DNA from: Candidatus Latescibacterota bacterium | Lineage (GTDB): Bacteria; Latescibacterota; UBA2968; UBA8231 | DNA length: 64,000 nucleotides | Reading direction: 5' to 3' | Assembly: GCA_965203355.1 (NCBI GenBank) | Contig: OZ241889.1 | Location: forward strand, 3,488,001 to 3,552,000 | Shown: positions 1 to 11,435 of the stretch, piece after piece | How positions within the stretch are numbered: the first letter of the stretch is position 1 | Layout: each line of letters starts with the position of its first letter | The notes under the pieces: model-generated | What the model was told of the DNA's origin: nothing | The model's input: only the letters and a program-made list of their open reading frames with translations | Database searches by the model: none | Program-made: the position numbers and the translations under genes

Positions 1-1
1 G

Positions 2-1054
2 GACTTGCTGAAGCGCGGTGCGGTCCTAGTGGACGAGCGGGACTTGGGCACGAAGCCGCGGGTGCTTTTCTGTATTGAGCACGCCATCCAAGACGCTAGC
101 GTTACCAGCGCGGGCGATCGGCGCGTGATCGCCAAGCGCATGTTGTACGTCGAGCTGGAGGAATGCGGGGTCTCGCGCCACGTTCACTACGCGTCGTACC
201 TCGACTACGGTCCGCTGACCGACGGCGATCCAGCCCTCAATTCGATTCTCGATTGCCCGGCGTGTGCTTGGCTAGACCGCGACTTGGAGGCGAAGGCGCA
301 TGGCTATGCCGTGGCCCATGTCGTCCCGGAGCACTTGCAGGAAGTTCGGGACGCGAGGCTGGCGCTCATCGCCAAGACGGAAGCGGCCGTCCAGGATCGT
401 CTCACCAAGGAGATCACCTACTGGGATCACCGCGCCGAGGAGTTGAAGGTGCAGGAGCAAGCTGGCAAGACCGGAGCGCGGCTCAATTCCGGCGAAGCGC
501 GCAAGCGTGCGGACGACCTCCAAGCGAGGTTGCAAAAGCGCTTGGAGGAACTGAAACAGGAGGCGCAGATTTCGGCGTTGCCTCCGGTGGTGCTTGGTGG
601 GGTGCTCGTGGTGCCGCAGGGCTTGTTGAACAAGCTGAAGGCGGCTGAGTCGGCGCCGGTCGCCTTAACGGCCGATCCACAGGCGGCTGCGGCCCGCGCC
701 CGGGCCGTCATCATGGCAGTCGAGCGGCAGCTCGGTTTTGAACCCATAGACCGGGAGTTTGAAAAGCTGGGCTACGACATTGAAAGCCGGGTGCCGGGCA
801 CGGGTCGGCTGCGGTTTATTGAGGTGAAGGGTCGGGTGAGTGGGGCGCCGACGATAACGGTGACTCGCAATGAGATTCTCTACTCGCTCAACAAGCCCGA
901 GGACTACATTCTCGGCATCGTCGAGTTTCTAGCGGATGGTCAGCACCGGGTACACTACGTAAGGGAGCCGTTCCAACGCGAACCCGACTTTGGGGTGGCG
1001 AGTGTGAATTACGACTTCGCCGAGCTGTTGGCGCGGGCGCAGCCGCCTTCGTGA
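2..1054 (+). CDS. C-terminal part of SNF2-family helicase with DUF3883 (NOV_C-like PD-(D/E)XK nuclease) domain; 5' end lies outside the window
   Basis: Coiled-coil region then LGYDIESR...RFIEVKGR...TVTRNE nuclease motif; paralogous to the C-terminus of 54373..57795; lies upstream of a DUF1156 methylase. Confidence 0.88.
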   Translation, partial: DLLKRGAVLVDERDLGTKPRVLFCIEHAIQDASVTSAGDRRVIAKRMLYVELEECGVSRHVHYASYLDYGPLTDGDPALNSILDCPACAWLDRDLEAKAHGYAVAHVVPEHLQEVRDARLALIAKTEAAVQDRLTKEITYWDHRAEELKVQEQAGKTGARLNSGEARKRADDLQARLQKRLEELKQEAQISALPPVVLGGVLVVPQGLLNKLKAAESAPVALTADPQAAAARARAVIMAVERQLGFEPIDREFEKLGYDIESRVPGTGRLRFIEVKGRVSGAPTITVTRNEILYSLNKPEDYILGIVEFLADGQHRVHYVREPFQREPDFGVASVNYDFAELLARAQPPS

Positions 1055-1168
1055 AGCGGCATTCAAGGAGCGGGGCGGGCTGTTTTCGGGATCTGCAAGG
1101 GACGTTGGCTCGTCTGAAACCTAGGGAGATTCCCTTTGCGGAAAAGACGTTGTGAAGCGAGAGAATTC

Positions 1169-1197
1169 TTGACAGCCATGACTGGTGCTCATAGCTT
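1169..1197 (+). promoter_or_regulatory. Putative sigma70 promoter TTGACA-N17-TAGCTT
   Basis: Perfect -35, 17-bp spacer, plausible -10; AAGGAG RBS before ATG 1269. Confidence 0.6.
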
Positions 1198-1268
1198 TTG
1201 CGCGGCCACGCGACAGTTCGAGACTTGAATCATCTAACTGGTTAAGGAGGTTTTAAGGAGAAAAAGAA

Positions 1269-1589
1269 ATGACCAATCGGTATGGGTCTATGTTAGACAT
1301 GCTTTCGAGTTATGAAGACCCAGGGATTGAAGATTTGCAACAGAAGGTCGCAGAAAAATCTGCTAAAATGACGCTCGCTCGCGCCCTGTTCTGTTTGCGA
1401 AATGCACAAGGATTGACGCAGGAAGAGCTGGCGGAAAAAATGGGTCAACCCCTTAGCCTCGTCGAGAAAATTGAGCATTGCGACGACGACCAGATGCGTA
1501 TACAAGACTTAATGATATACGTTTCTGCCATGGGTTATCGTCTTTCCGTGGGGATTCCGCCGGGCAGTTTAATTCGGATGAGGTGTTAA
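1269..1589 (+). CDS. XRE-family HTH protein (HigA-like antitoxin/regulator)
   Basis: LRNAQGLTQEELAEKMG...VEKIE helix-turn-helix; C-terminal YVSAMGYRL typical of HigA-type proteins. Confidence 0.8.
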   Translation: MTNRYGSMLDMLSSYEDPGIEDLQQKVAEKSAKMTLARALFCLRNAQGLTQEELAEKMGQPLSLVEKIEHCDDDQMRIQDLMIYVSAMGYRLSVGIPPGSLIRMRC

Positions 1590-1590
1590 G

Positions 1591-2076
1591 ATGAAGTTCG
1601 ATAATCCTATATTTTTTTTATTGGCTGGATCAACGCTTGTCGGTATAGGTATTTGGATCGGTCGGACCGAATTTCTGAATAAAGCGGTCCGCGACGCACT
1701 AGAAGAAATCAAGCAAATCCTTGTAGGGTTAAAGGAAAATACGGATAAAATACTTGATAAGATCAGCTCTGGAACCATTGAAGGGGAAAGCCCTTATAGA
1801 TTAAACGATAAGGGGCTTAGTGTTTCCAATTCTATTGACGCAAAACAGTGGGCAAAAGGAAAAGCACAAGAGCTTGTCCCTCGCATAAGCGGGAAGCAGC
1901 CATTTGAAATATATGAATCTTGTAAGGATTTTGTGCGGTATGAATTTGAGCCCAACGACGCATTTCTTAAAAAAATGAAAAAGTGTGCGTATGAAAATGC
2001 GATCTCTGTTAGTGAGGTTGAGGATGTTTTAATAATAGAATTACGCGATGCAATAATAAGTATATTGCCTGATTGA
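1591..2076 (+). CDS. Hypothetical protein with N-terminal transmembrane anchor
   Basis: 161-aa ORF starting 1 nt after the HTH stop; hydrophobic N-terminus [18 protein letters not shown]; visibly AT-rich. Confidence 0.7.
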   Translation: MKFDNPIFFLLAGSTLVGIGIWIGRTEFLNKAVRDALEEIKQILVGLKENTDKILDKISSGTIEGESPYRLNDKGLSVSNSIDAKQWAKGKAQELVPRISGKQPFEIYESCKDFVRYEFEPNDAFLKKMKKCAYENAISVSEVEDVLIIELRDAIISILPD

Positions 2077-2077
2077 T

Positions 2078-2311
2078 TGTATGATAGGAGTCGGCGGTCC
2101 GTCCACGCACCAACCATCAGCCGGCTCGTCCCCGCATTCCGAAACCAAAAAAATGAAGAAAAAGTTAATTGAAGTCGCGCTGCCGCTTGATGCGATTAAC
2201 GCGGCGGCGCGGGAAAAATCCATCGGCCACGGGCATCCCCGGCAACGAGCAGGTGCTCGGCAAGGCGTGGGCCGGGATTCGCCGGAACTGGCGGCGTGCG
2301 TGCGCCGATAA
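2078..2311 (+). pseudogene. Decayed duplicate of the leader and first ~29 codons of the DUF1156 methyltransferase
   Basis: 2078-2239 aligns with 3262-3510; ATG 2153 gives [29 protein letters not shown], then unrelated sequence to a stop at 2311. Confidence 0.88.
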
Positions 2312-2426
2312 TGCCCCTTAGTGAGTATCACACGCCATACGGCAAGGCACTTGACAGGGATAAAGGGATTGCGGACGCTCTTTTTATCGTCGCAATGCGG
2401 CGCCCACAAGTAAGGGAGATTGCGCT

Positions 2427-2879
2427 ATGAACGAACCGATTACTCAAGCCCAAGATCACGACCGCCGCCTTGGACGGCTGGAAGGCATCGCCGAGCAGTT
2501 GACCGAACAGGGCCGCCAGACCAACGCTCGTTTAGACCGCATTGAACAAGCCATTGCCGAGCAAGGCTCTCGCATGGACGCGCAAAGCCACGAACTGCGG
2601 CAAGCCATTGCCGAGCAAGGCTCTCGCATGGACGCGCAAAGCCACGAACTGCGGCAAGCCATTGCCGAGCAAGGCTCTCGCATGGACGCGCAAAGCCACG
2701 AACTGCGGCAAGCCATTGCTGAGCAAGGCTCTCGCATGGACGCGCAAGGCCACGAACTGCGGCAAGCCATTGCCGAGCAAGGTCGCCGCATAGACAAGCT
2801 GACGCGCTGGCTGGTCGGCATGCAGATTGCCACCTTACTAGCCCTCGGCACACTCATTTTGTCGCGCTTGCCGGGGTAG
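2427..2879 (+). CDS. Coiled-coil repeat protein with C-terminal membrane anchor (DUF1640/CCDC90-like)
   Basis: 4+ copies of QAIAEQGSRMDAQSHELR, then LTRWLVGMQIATLLALGTLIL anchor; AAGGGAG RBS. Confidence 0.78.
   Translation: MNEPITQAQDHDRRLGRLEGIAEQLTEQGRQTNARLDRIEQAIAEQGSRMDAQSHELRQAIAEQGSRMDAQSHELRQAIAEQGSRMDAQSHELRQAIAEQGSRMDAQGHELRQAIAEQGRRIDKLTRWLVGMQIATLLALGTLILSRLPG
2547..2782 (+). repeat. 54-bp tandem repeat, about 4.4 copies, coding
   Basis: Unit CAAGCCATTGCCGAGCAAGGCTCTCGCATGGACGCGCAAAGCCACGAACTGCGG starts at 2547, 2601, 2655 and 2709, with a partial copy at 2763. Confidence 0.97.
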
Positions 2880-2896
2880 CCCAAGGCGACTGCGCT

Positions 2897-3178
2897 ATGA
2901 ACGAACCGATTACTCAAGCCCAAGATCACGACCGCCGCTTTGGATGGCTGGAAGGGATCGCCGAGCAATTCACGCACCGCTTGGACCGCCTAGAGCGAGC
3001 CATAGAGACGCAAGGTCGCGAGCTGCGGCAAGCCATCGAAGAGCAAGGCCGCCAGACCGCCGCCCGCATGGAGGCGCTGCGGCAAGAACACCGCCGTGAC
3101 TTTCGCTGGCTGGTCGGTATTCAGCTAACGACCTTGATCGCCCTCGGCACGCTCATTTTGTCGCGCTTGCCGGGGTAG
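2897..3178 (+). CDS. Short paralogue of 2427..2879 (coiled coil + C-terminal TM)
   Basis: Identical first 14 aa (MNEPITQAQDHDRR) and last 13 aa (ALGTLILSRLPG*) with a different middle. Confidence 0.78.
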   Translation: MNEPITQAQDHDRRFGWLEGIAEQFTHRLDRLERAIETQGRELRQAIEEQGRQTAARMEALRQEHRRDFRWLVGIQLTTLIALGTLILSRLPG

Positions 3179-3269
3179 GGGCGTGCTATGAGACGCCAAA
3201 AGCTAGCGTACATTTGAGGCCGCCCGCTAAGCATGGATTGACGCGCCGGCCGAAGGGCTGCTGTATGAT

Positions 3270-3362
3270 AGTGGTCAGTGGTCAGTGGTCAGTGGTCAGT
3301 CCCATCCGCTCGTAGGGTGTGGTGCGGCGACTGGTCACTGGCCACCGGCCACCGGCCACTGA
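3270..3362. repeat. Heptamer-armed inverted-repeat element, (AGTGGTC)4 - core - (GGYCACY)4
   Basis: Tandem heptamers on the left, imperfect reverse complements on the right; same family as 49593-49740. Confidence 0.88.
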
Positions 3363-3421
3363 TTGATCAGTTCACGCACCAATTATCAGTCGGCTCGTCC
3401 CCGTATTCCGAAACCATGAAA

Positions 3422-6301
<2,880 letters not shown>

Positions 6302-6304
6302 AAA

Positions 6305-6988
6305 ATGCCAACGTCCAAGCGAATAGTCTGCCTTGCTAACTCGCGAAAACTGTACGGGCGCTGCGTCGCCGGAGTCGAGCTGATTGGGAATAAGCCCTCT
6401 GGCTGGATCCGGCCGGTTAGCGCGCGCGATCATCAAGAAGTGTCTGAGTACGAGAGGCAATACGAGGACGGCAGCGATCCAATACTGTTGGACATTATTG
6501 ACATTCCGCTCTTGGAGGCGTGCCCGAAGGATTACCAACAGGAAAATTGGCTGCTGGATCATGAACACTACTGGCAGAAAGTGGATATCTTGCCGTGGGG
6601 CGAGTTGCGCCGAATTGCCGATTCGACCGGGACACTTTGGCGGAACGGAGGCCATACCTATAACGGACAGAACGATCAGATACCGCTGCCAGAAGCATGT
6701 TTGGAAGACCATTCACTCAAGCTCGTTCATGTCGATGGCATGGAGCTCCGAGTGTTTGCGCCCGGCACGGCCTTTGGAAACGCAAAACGGCGCGTTCAAG
6801 CACGGTTTCGCTTTTCGGGTGCCGACTATGCGTTGTGGGTGACCGATCCTCGAATCGAACGCGCCTATTTGGCGAAGGCAGATGGCGAACATCAGCTTGG
6901 CGAGTGTTATCTGACGGTAAGTCTTGGTGAGCCCTTCAATGAACACTGTCACAAGTTGGTCGCCGCCGTACTAGAGAGACCACGATGA
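6305..6988 (+). CDS. Dual OB-fold-containing protein (DuOB-like)
   Basis: IVCLANSRK..GRCVAG...WIRPVS...QQENW...SL.EPF..HCHKLVAAV pattern; adjacent to two DUF488 genes. Confidence 0.75.
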   Translation: MPTSKRIVCLANSRKLYGRCVAGVELIGNKPSGWIRPVSARDHQEVSEYERQYEDGSDPILLDIIDIPLLEACPKDYQQENWLLDHEHYWQKVDILPWGELRRIADSTGTLWRNGGHTYNGQNDQIPLPEACLEDHSLKLVHVDGMELRVFAPGTAFGNAKRRVQARFRFSGADYALWVTDPRIERAYLAKADGEHQLGECYLTVSLGEPFNEHCHKLVAAVLERPR

Positions 6989-7638
6989 TGAAGCAAAAGG
7001 AAGTGTCCACGATTTATACGATAGGCCACTCGTCGCACGAATTCAACCGATTTGTAGCGTTGCTAAAGCGGCATGGGATCGAAGCGGTGGCAGACGTGCG
7101 TTCGACACCCTACAGCCGCTGGCAACCGCAGTTCAATCGAGAAGATTTGGAGTCAGCACTCAAGACGAAAGGAATCGCCTATGTCTTTCTCGGCAAGGAA
7201 CTCGGCGCGAGGCGCGAGGATCCCGCGTGCTACGAAAGTGGGCGCGTCAAATTCCGAAAAATCGCTCAGACAGCGCTTTTCCAGGCTGGGCTTCAACGTG
7301 TGCGAGACGGGTCGGAACGAATGAGGGTGGCTCTCATGTGTGCCGAGAGGGAGCCGCTTGAGTGCCACCGAACCATCTTGGTCACACGCGAGCTCGTGAG
7401 AAGCGGCAGCAAGGTAGCGCACATCTTGGCGAACGGCGACGTAGAATCGCACGAGATTGCGATGAAACGGCTTTTCGCTGACATGGGGCTACCAGAACAC
7501 GAACTGTTTCGGAGTGAAGCGGAATTGTTGGATAACGCCTACGCCGAACAAGAGAAGCGAATTGCGTACATAGACGAAAACCTCGCTAAAGAAGCGGCGG
7601 GGGCGGCGAATGAGAATTCTGACCATCGGCTTCACTAA
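6985..7638 (+). CDS. DUF488 family protein (long form)
   Basis: IYTIGHS...DVRSTPYSR..PQFN...ELGAR...ALMCAEREPLECHR. Confidence 0.9.
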   Translation: MMKQKEVSTIYTIGHSSHEFNRFVALLKRHGIEAVADVRSTPYSRWQPQFNREDLESALKTKGIAYVFLGKELGARREDPACYESGRVKFRKIAQTALFQAGLQRVRDGSERMRVALMCAEREPLECHRTILVTRELVRSGSKVAHILANGDVESHEIAMKRLFADMGLPEHELFRSEAELLDNAYAEQEKRIAYIDENLAKEAAGAANENSDHRLH

Positions 7639-8047
7639 GAAGAGTGCCGAGCAGTTCTTCGAGACGCTGAAGAACGCGAAAGCCAAGCGTATCGTGGACG
7701 TTCGCTTGAATAACGTCTCACAACTCGCCGGTTTCGCGAAGAAGAAAGATCTAGAATACTTCTTGGAAAACCTATGTCACATGGAATACGCGCACGTGCC
7801 CAGTTTGGCGCCGACAAAGGAGATGCTGGATACCTATAAAAAGAACGGGGGCCGCTGGGAAGACTACGAGCAGCGTTTCATGCGATTGATGGAAGAGCGA
7901 CGTATTGAGGAGAAGCTTAAGCCGGACATGTTAGAAGACGCATGTTTGCTTTGTAGCGAGGACAAACCTCATCACTGCCACCGAAGGTTAGTCGCCGAGT
8001 ACCTAAAGGAGCACTGGGAAAACGTCGAAATTGACCACCTCGGTTAG
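7610..8047 (+). CDS. DUF488 family protein (short form)
   Basis: TIGFTKKSAEQFF...DVRLNNVSQLAGFAK...CLLCSEDKPHHCHRRLVAEYL. Confidence 0.9.
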   Translation: MRILTIGFTKKSAEQFFETLKNAKAKRIVDVRLNNVSQLAGFAKKKDLEYFLENLCHMEYAHVPSLAPTKEMLDTYKKNGGRWEDYEQRFMRLMEERRIEEKLKPDMLEDACLLCSEDKPHHCHRRLVAEYLKEHWENVEIDHLG

Positions 8048-8059
8048 GAAGAGTAACAC

Positions 8060-11000
8060 ATGGCGATTTCAAATCACGAACGAGTCGGAAAAGCACTCGA
8101 ACTGCTCAAGACAGGGCTTGGGCCTTTTGTCGAGCGCGAGATCACCGGGGCCATGGAAGCAGGCCGCGTGGATGTCAACAAACTGCGGGACGCGGCCGAG
8201 GACTTGGTGCGGGCGGACAAGCCGATTGTAGAATGGGATGTCGCCGCCTTGTTAAAGCTCATGTGGGAGACGTGGAACGATGTCTTCCGCAAGATTCTCG
8301 GACGCGCCGAGCGCAGCTTGGTCAGCGAACTCCGGGCGTGTCGCAACCAGTGGGCGCATCAGGAGCGCTTTTCGAGCGACGACGCCTACCGCACCCTCGA
8401 CTCGGTCGGACGGCTATTGGCGGCCGTGTCGGCGCCGCAGGCGGACGAGCTAGAGCGGCTCAAGATGGAATTGCTTCGGGTCCGGTTTGACGAGCAGGTG
8501 CGCGGCGAGCGGCGCAAGCAAGCGGGCACGGCGATCGAGAGCGCGGCCGCCGCGCAGCTAAAGCCGTGGCGGGAGATCGTAACGCCGCACCAGGATGTTG
8601 CGAGCGGGCAATACGAGCAGGCTGAATTCGCGGCTGACCTGTGGCAGGTCCATCTGGGCGAAGGGACGGATGAATACCGCGACCCGGCCGAGTTCTTCCG
8701 GCGCACCTATCTGACCGAAAGCCTGAAGGGGCTGCTGGTCGGGGCCATACACCGGCTGACCGGCAAGGGGGGCGATCCGGTCGTCCAACTCCAGACCAAC
8801 TTCGGCGGCGGCAAAACGCACTCAATGCTGGCGCTCTACCACCTGTTCTCCGGCGCGAATCCCACCGAGCTTGCCAATATAGACGCGATCATGCAGGAAG
8901 CCGCGGCCACCCAGTTGCCCTCAGTGCGGCGCGTTGTGCTGGTGGGCAACAAAATTTCTCCGGGCAATCCCACGACCAAGGAAGATGGCACGGTGGTCCG
9001 CACGCTGTGGGGCGAACTGGCTTGGCAACTGGGCGGGAAGAACGCCTACGCCCAAATCGCGGCCGACGATGAGCAAGCCACCAGTCCTGGCGACGCGCTG
9101 CGTGCGCTGTTCAAGGAGTACGGCCCCTGTCTCATCCTGGTCGATGAGTGGGTTGCCTATGCGCGTCAACTCCACGATCGGAGCGATTTGCCCGCGGGCG
9201 GCTTTGAAACCCAGTTCACCTTTGCCCAAGTGCTGACCGAGTCGGCCAAACTGGCCGGCAACTGCTTGCTGGTGATCAGCTTGCCCGCGTCCGACAGCGG
9301 GGATTCGCCGCACGCGCAGGCCGAAGATGTTGAGGTCGGCGGCCAGCGTGGACGGGAAGCTCTCGACCGCTTGCAAAACGTCGTGGGCCGCCTAGAGTCC
9401 TCTTGGCGTCCGGCCAGTGCCGAGGAAGGCTTTGAGATTGTGCGCCGTCGTCTTTTTGAGCCGTTATCGGATCCAGCGCAGTTCAAGGACCGCGACGTAG
9501 TGGCCCGGGCGTTTGCCGAACTGTATCGCACGCAGCACCAAGAATTCCCGCTGGAGTGTCGCGACAGTGCCTACGAGAAGCGGCTCCAGGCCGCGTATCC
9601 GATTCACCCGGAGATCTTCGATCGGCTCTACGCGGATTGGTCGGCTCTGGTGAAGTTTCAGCGCACGCGGGGGGTGCTGCGGCTGATGGCGGCGGTCATT
9701 CACAGCCTCTGGGAAAAAGGCGATCGCAATCCCCTGATCTTGCCGGCCAACATCGCTATCGACGATCCCCGGGTGCAGTTTGAGCTAACCCGCTACCTCC
9801 CGGAAAACTGGGTGCCGGTCATTGATAAGGATGTCGATGGGCCGAGCGCCCTGCCGCGGCAGCTTGACGGCGCAGTACCGAATCTCGGGAAGTTCGCGGC
9901 GTGTCGGCGGGTGGCCCGCGCCATCTACCTCGGGTCGGCACCGACCGCTGCGGCCGCGCATCAGGGGCTTGAAGACCGCCGGGTCAAGCTCGGCTGCGTG
10001 ATGCCGGGTGAGTCGCCCGCCGTGTTCGGCGATGCGCTGCGGCGGCTCGCCGGTACCGCGACCTACCTCTATCAGGATGGGCCGCGGTACTGGTACTCCA
10101 CCCAGCCGACGGTAACGAAGATCGCCGAAGATCGCGCCGAGCAGTTGAAGGACCATCCCGACAAAGTGATGCAGGAGCTCGGAGCGCGGCTCCGCGCCGA
10201 TCTGCGCGATCCGGGCGATTTTAGCCGCGTGCATCCGTTGCCTCAATCCGGGCAGGACGTGCCGGACGATCTCGATGCCCGCCTCGTCGTGCTCGGTATG
10301 GACCATCCGTATGGCAGCGAGGCCAGCAACGCGGCCGAGGTCGCAGCACAAGCCATCTGGGAGTACCGCGGCAACACCCCCCGACTTTTTCGCAACGCGC
10401 TCGTGTTTCTGGCCGCCGATAAGACGCGGTTGCAAGATTTGGATGAAGCGGTGCGCCGCTACTTGGCGTGGGAGTCGATCTTGGCCGACCGCGAGTCGCT
10501 CGATCTGTCGCCCCATCAGGTGAGACAGGCCGAGACGCAACAGGACGCGGCCGCGAGCGCGGTGACGGCCCGAGTGCCGGAGACGTACCAGTGGTTGCTC
10601 GTTCCGGTGCAGGACGCCCCACAGTCCGCGGTTAAGTGGCAGGCCATGCGCCTGTCCGGGCAAGACGCGCTGGCGGTTCGGGCCAGCAAGAAACTGCGCG
10701 GTGACGAGTTGCTGGTGACGGGCTTTGCCGCGACCCGGCTGCGGATGGATATCGACCGGATCCCGCTGTGGCGCGATGACCGGGTATCCGTGAAACAGGT
10801 GGTCGAATATTTTGCGCGGTATTGCTATCTGCCGCGGATCAGCAAACCGCAGGTGCTGCTGAAAGCGATTGAAGACGGCGTCGCCCTGCTGACGTGGGAG
10901 CAGGATGCGTTTGCTTTTGCGGACAGTTACGACGAGGAGGCCGGTCGCTATCGCGGGCTCCGCGGTGGCCAAGTCGTCGCGCTGCCGGACGCGGACGCGC

Positions 11001-11401
11001 TGGGCTGGCTGGTCAAGCCGGATGTTGCGCGCCAGCAGTTGGACGCCGAGCGCCAGGCGGCGGGGCTAGGCCAAGCAGCGGCCCCGGCAGGTGAGACCGG
11101 AACCGAGGGCCGTGTTGCGGAAACCACCGCCGCCGACCAACCAGCGCAACCGCCCAAGGCACCGCCGCCCAAGCGCTTTCACGGCACGGTGGAACTGGAC
11201 GCCACGCGCGTTGGCCGCGACGCAAGCCAGATCGCCGACGAGGTCATCGCACACTTGGCCGGGCTCGTTGGCGCGAAGGTCACCGTGACGCTGGAGATTG
11301 GTGCTGAGATTCCGGCGGGTGCGCCGGACCACGTGGTCCGCACGGTAACGGAGAACGGTCGGACCCTGAAATTCACGAGCCAAGGGTTTGAAAAGGAATG
11401 A
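8060..11401 (+). CDS. DUF499 AAA+ ATPase with N-terminal Swt1-like HEPN domain
   Basis: RNQWAH (RxxxxH) HEPN motif; EFAADL; Walker A QTNFGGGKTH; Walker B ILVDE; YPIHPE and FQRTRGVLRLMA motifs. Confidence 0.92.
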   Translation: MAISNHERVGKALELLKTGLGPFVEREITGAMEAGRVDVNKLRDAAEDLVRADKPIVEWDVAALLKLMWETWNDVFRKILGRAERSLVSELRACRNQWAHQERFSSDDAYRTLDSVGRLLAAVSAPQADELERLKMELLRVRFDEQVRGERRKQAGTAIESAAAAQLKPWREIVTPHQDVASGQYEQAEFAADLWQVHLGEGTDEYRDPAEFFRRTYLTESLKGLLVGAIHRLTGKGGDPVVQLQTNFGGGKTHSMLALYHLFSGANPTELANIDAIMQEAAATQLPSVRRVVLVGNKISPGNPTTKEDGTVVRTLWGELAWQLGGKNAYAQIAADDEQATSPGDALRALFKEYGPCLILVDEWVAYARQLHDRSDLPAGGFETQFTFAQVLTESAKLAGNCLLVISLPASDSGDSPHAQAEDVEVGGQRGREALDRLQNVVGRLESSWRPASAEEGFEIVRRRLFEPLSDPAQFKDRDVVARAFAELYRTQHQEFPLECRDSAYEKRLQAAYPIHPEIFDRLYADWSALVKFQRTRGVLRLMAAVIHSLWEKGDRNPLILPANIAIDDPRVQFELTRYLPENWVPVIDKDVDGPSALPRQLDGAVPNLGKFAACRRVARAIYLGSAPTAAAAHQGLEDRRVKLGCVMPGESPAVFGDALRRLAGTATYLYQDGPRYWYSTQPTVTKIAEDRAEQLKDHPDKVMQELGARLRADLRDPGDFSRVHPLPQSGQDVPDDLDARLVVLGMDHPYGSEASNAAEVAAQAIWEYRGNTPRLFRNALVFLAADKTRLQDLDEAVRRYLAWESILADRESLDLSPHQVRQAETQQDAAASAVTARVPETYQWLLVPVQDAPQSAVKWQAMRLSGQDALAVRASKKLRGDELLVTGFAATRLRMDIDRIPLWRDDRVSVKQVVEYFARYCYLPRISKPQVLLKAIEDGVALLTWEQDAFAFADSYDEEAGRYRGLRGGQVVALPDADALGWLVKPDVARQQLDAERQAAGLGQAAAPAGETGTEGRVAETTAADQPAQPPKAPPPKRFHGTVELDATRVGRDASQIADEVIAHLAGLVGAKVTVTLEIGAEIPAGAPDHVVRTVTENGRTLKFTSQGFEKE

Positions 11402-11435
11402 AGCTCGACCGTACAAAACCGACCGCGGATCGACG

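Noticed and set aside
2547-2782. Possible CRISPR array
   Set aside because: Units are contiguous 54-bp tandem copies with no unique spacers, are in frame within a gene, and no cas genes are present
3278-3421. N-terminal extension MVSGQWSV... of the 1007-aa MTase ORF (and ORFs 49608..49844, 49436..50017)
   Set aside because: Translations of the heptamer repeat element; the family N-terminus begins at 3416/3422
1055-3421. Integron or prophage explanation for the cargo arrays
   Set aside because: No tyrosine or serine recombinase, attC-like sites or phage genes are recognisable in the window
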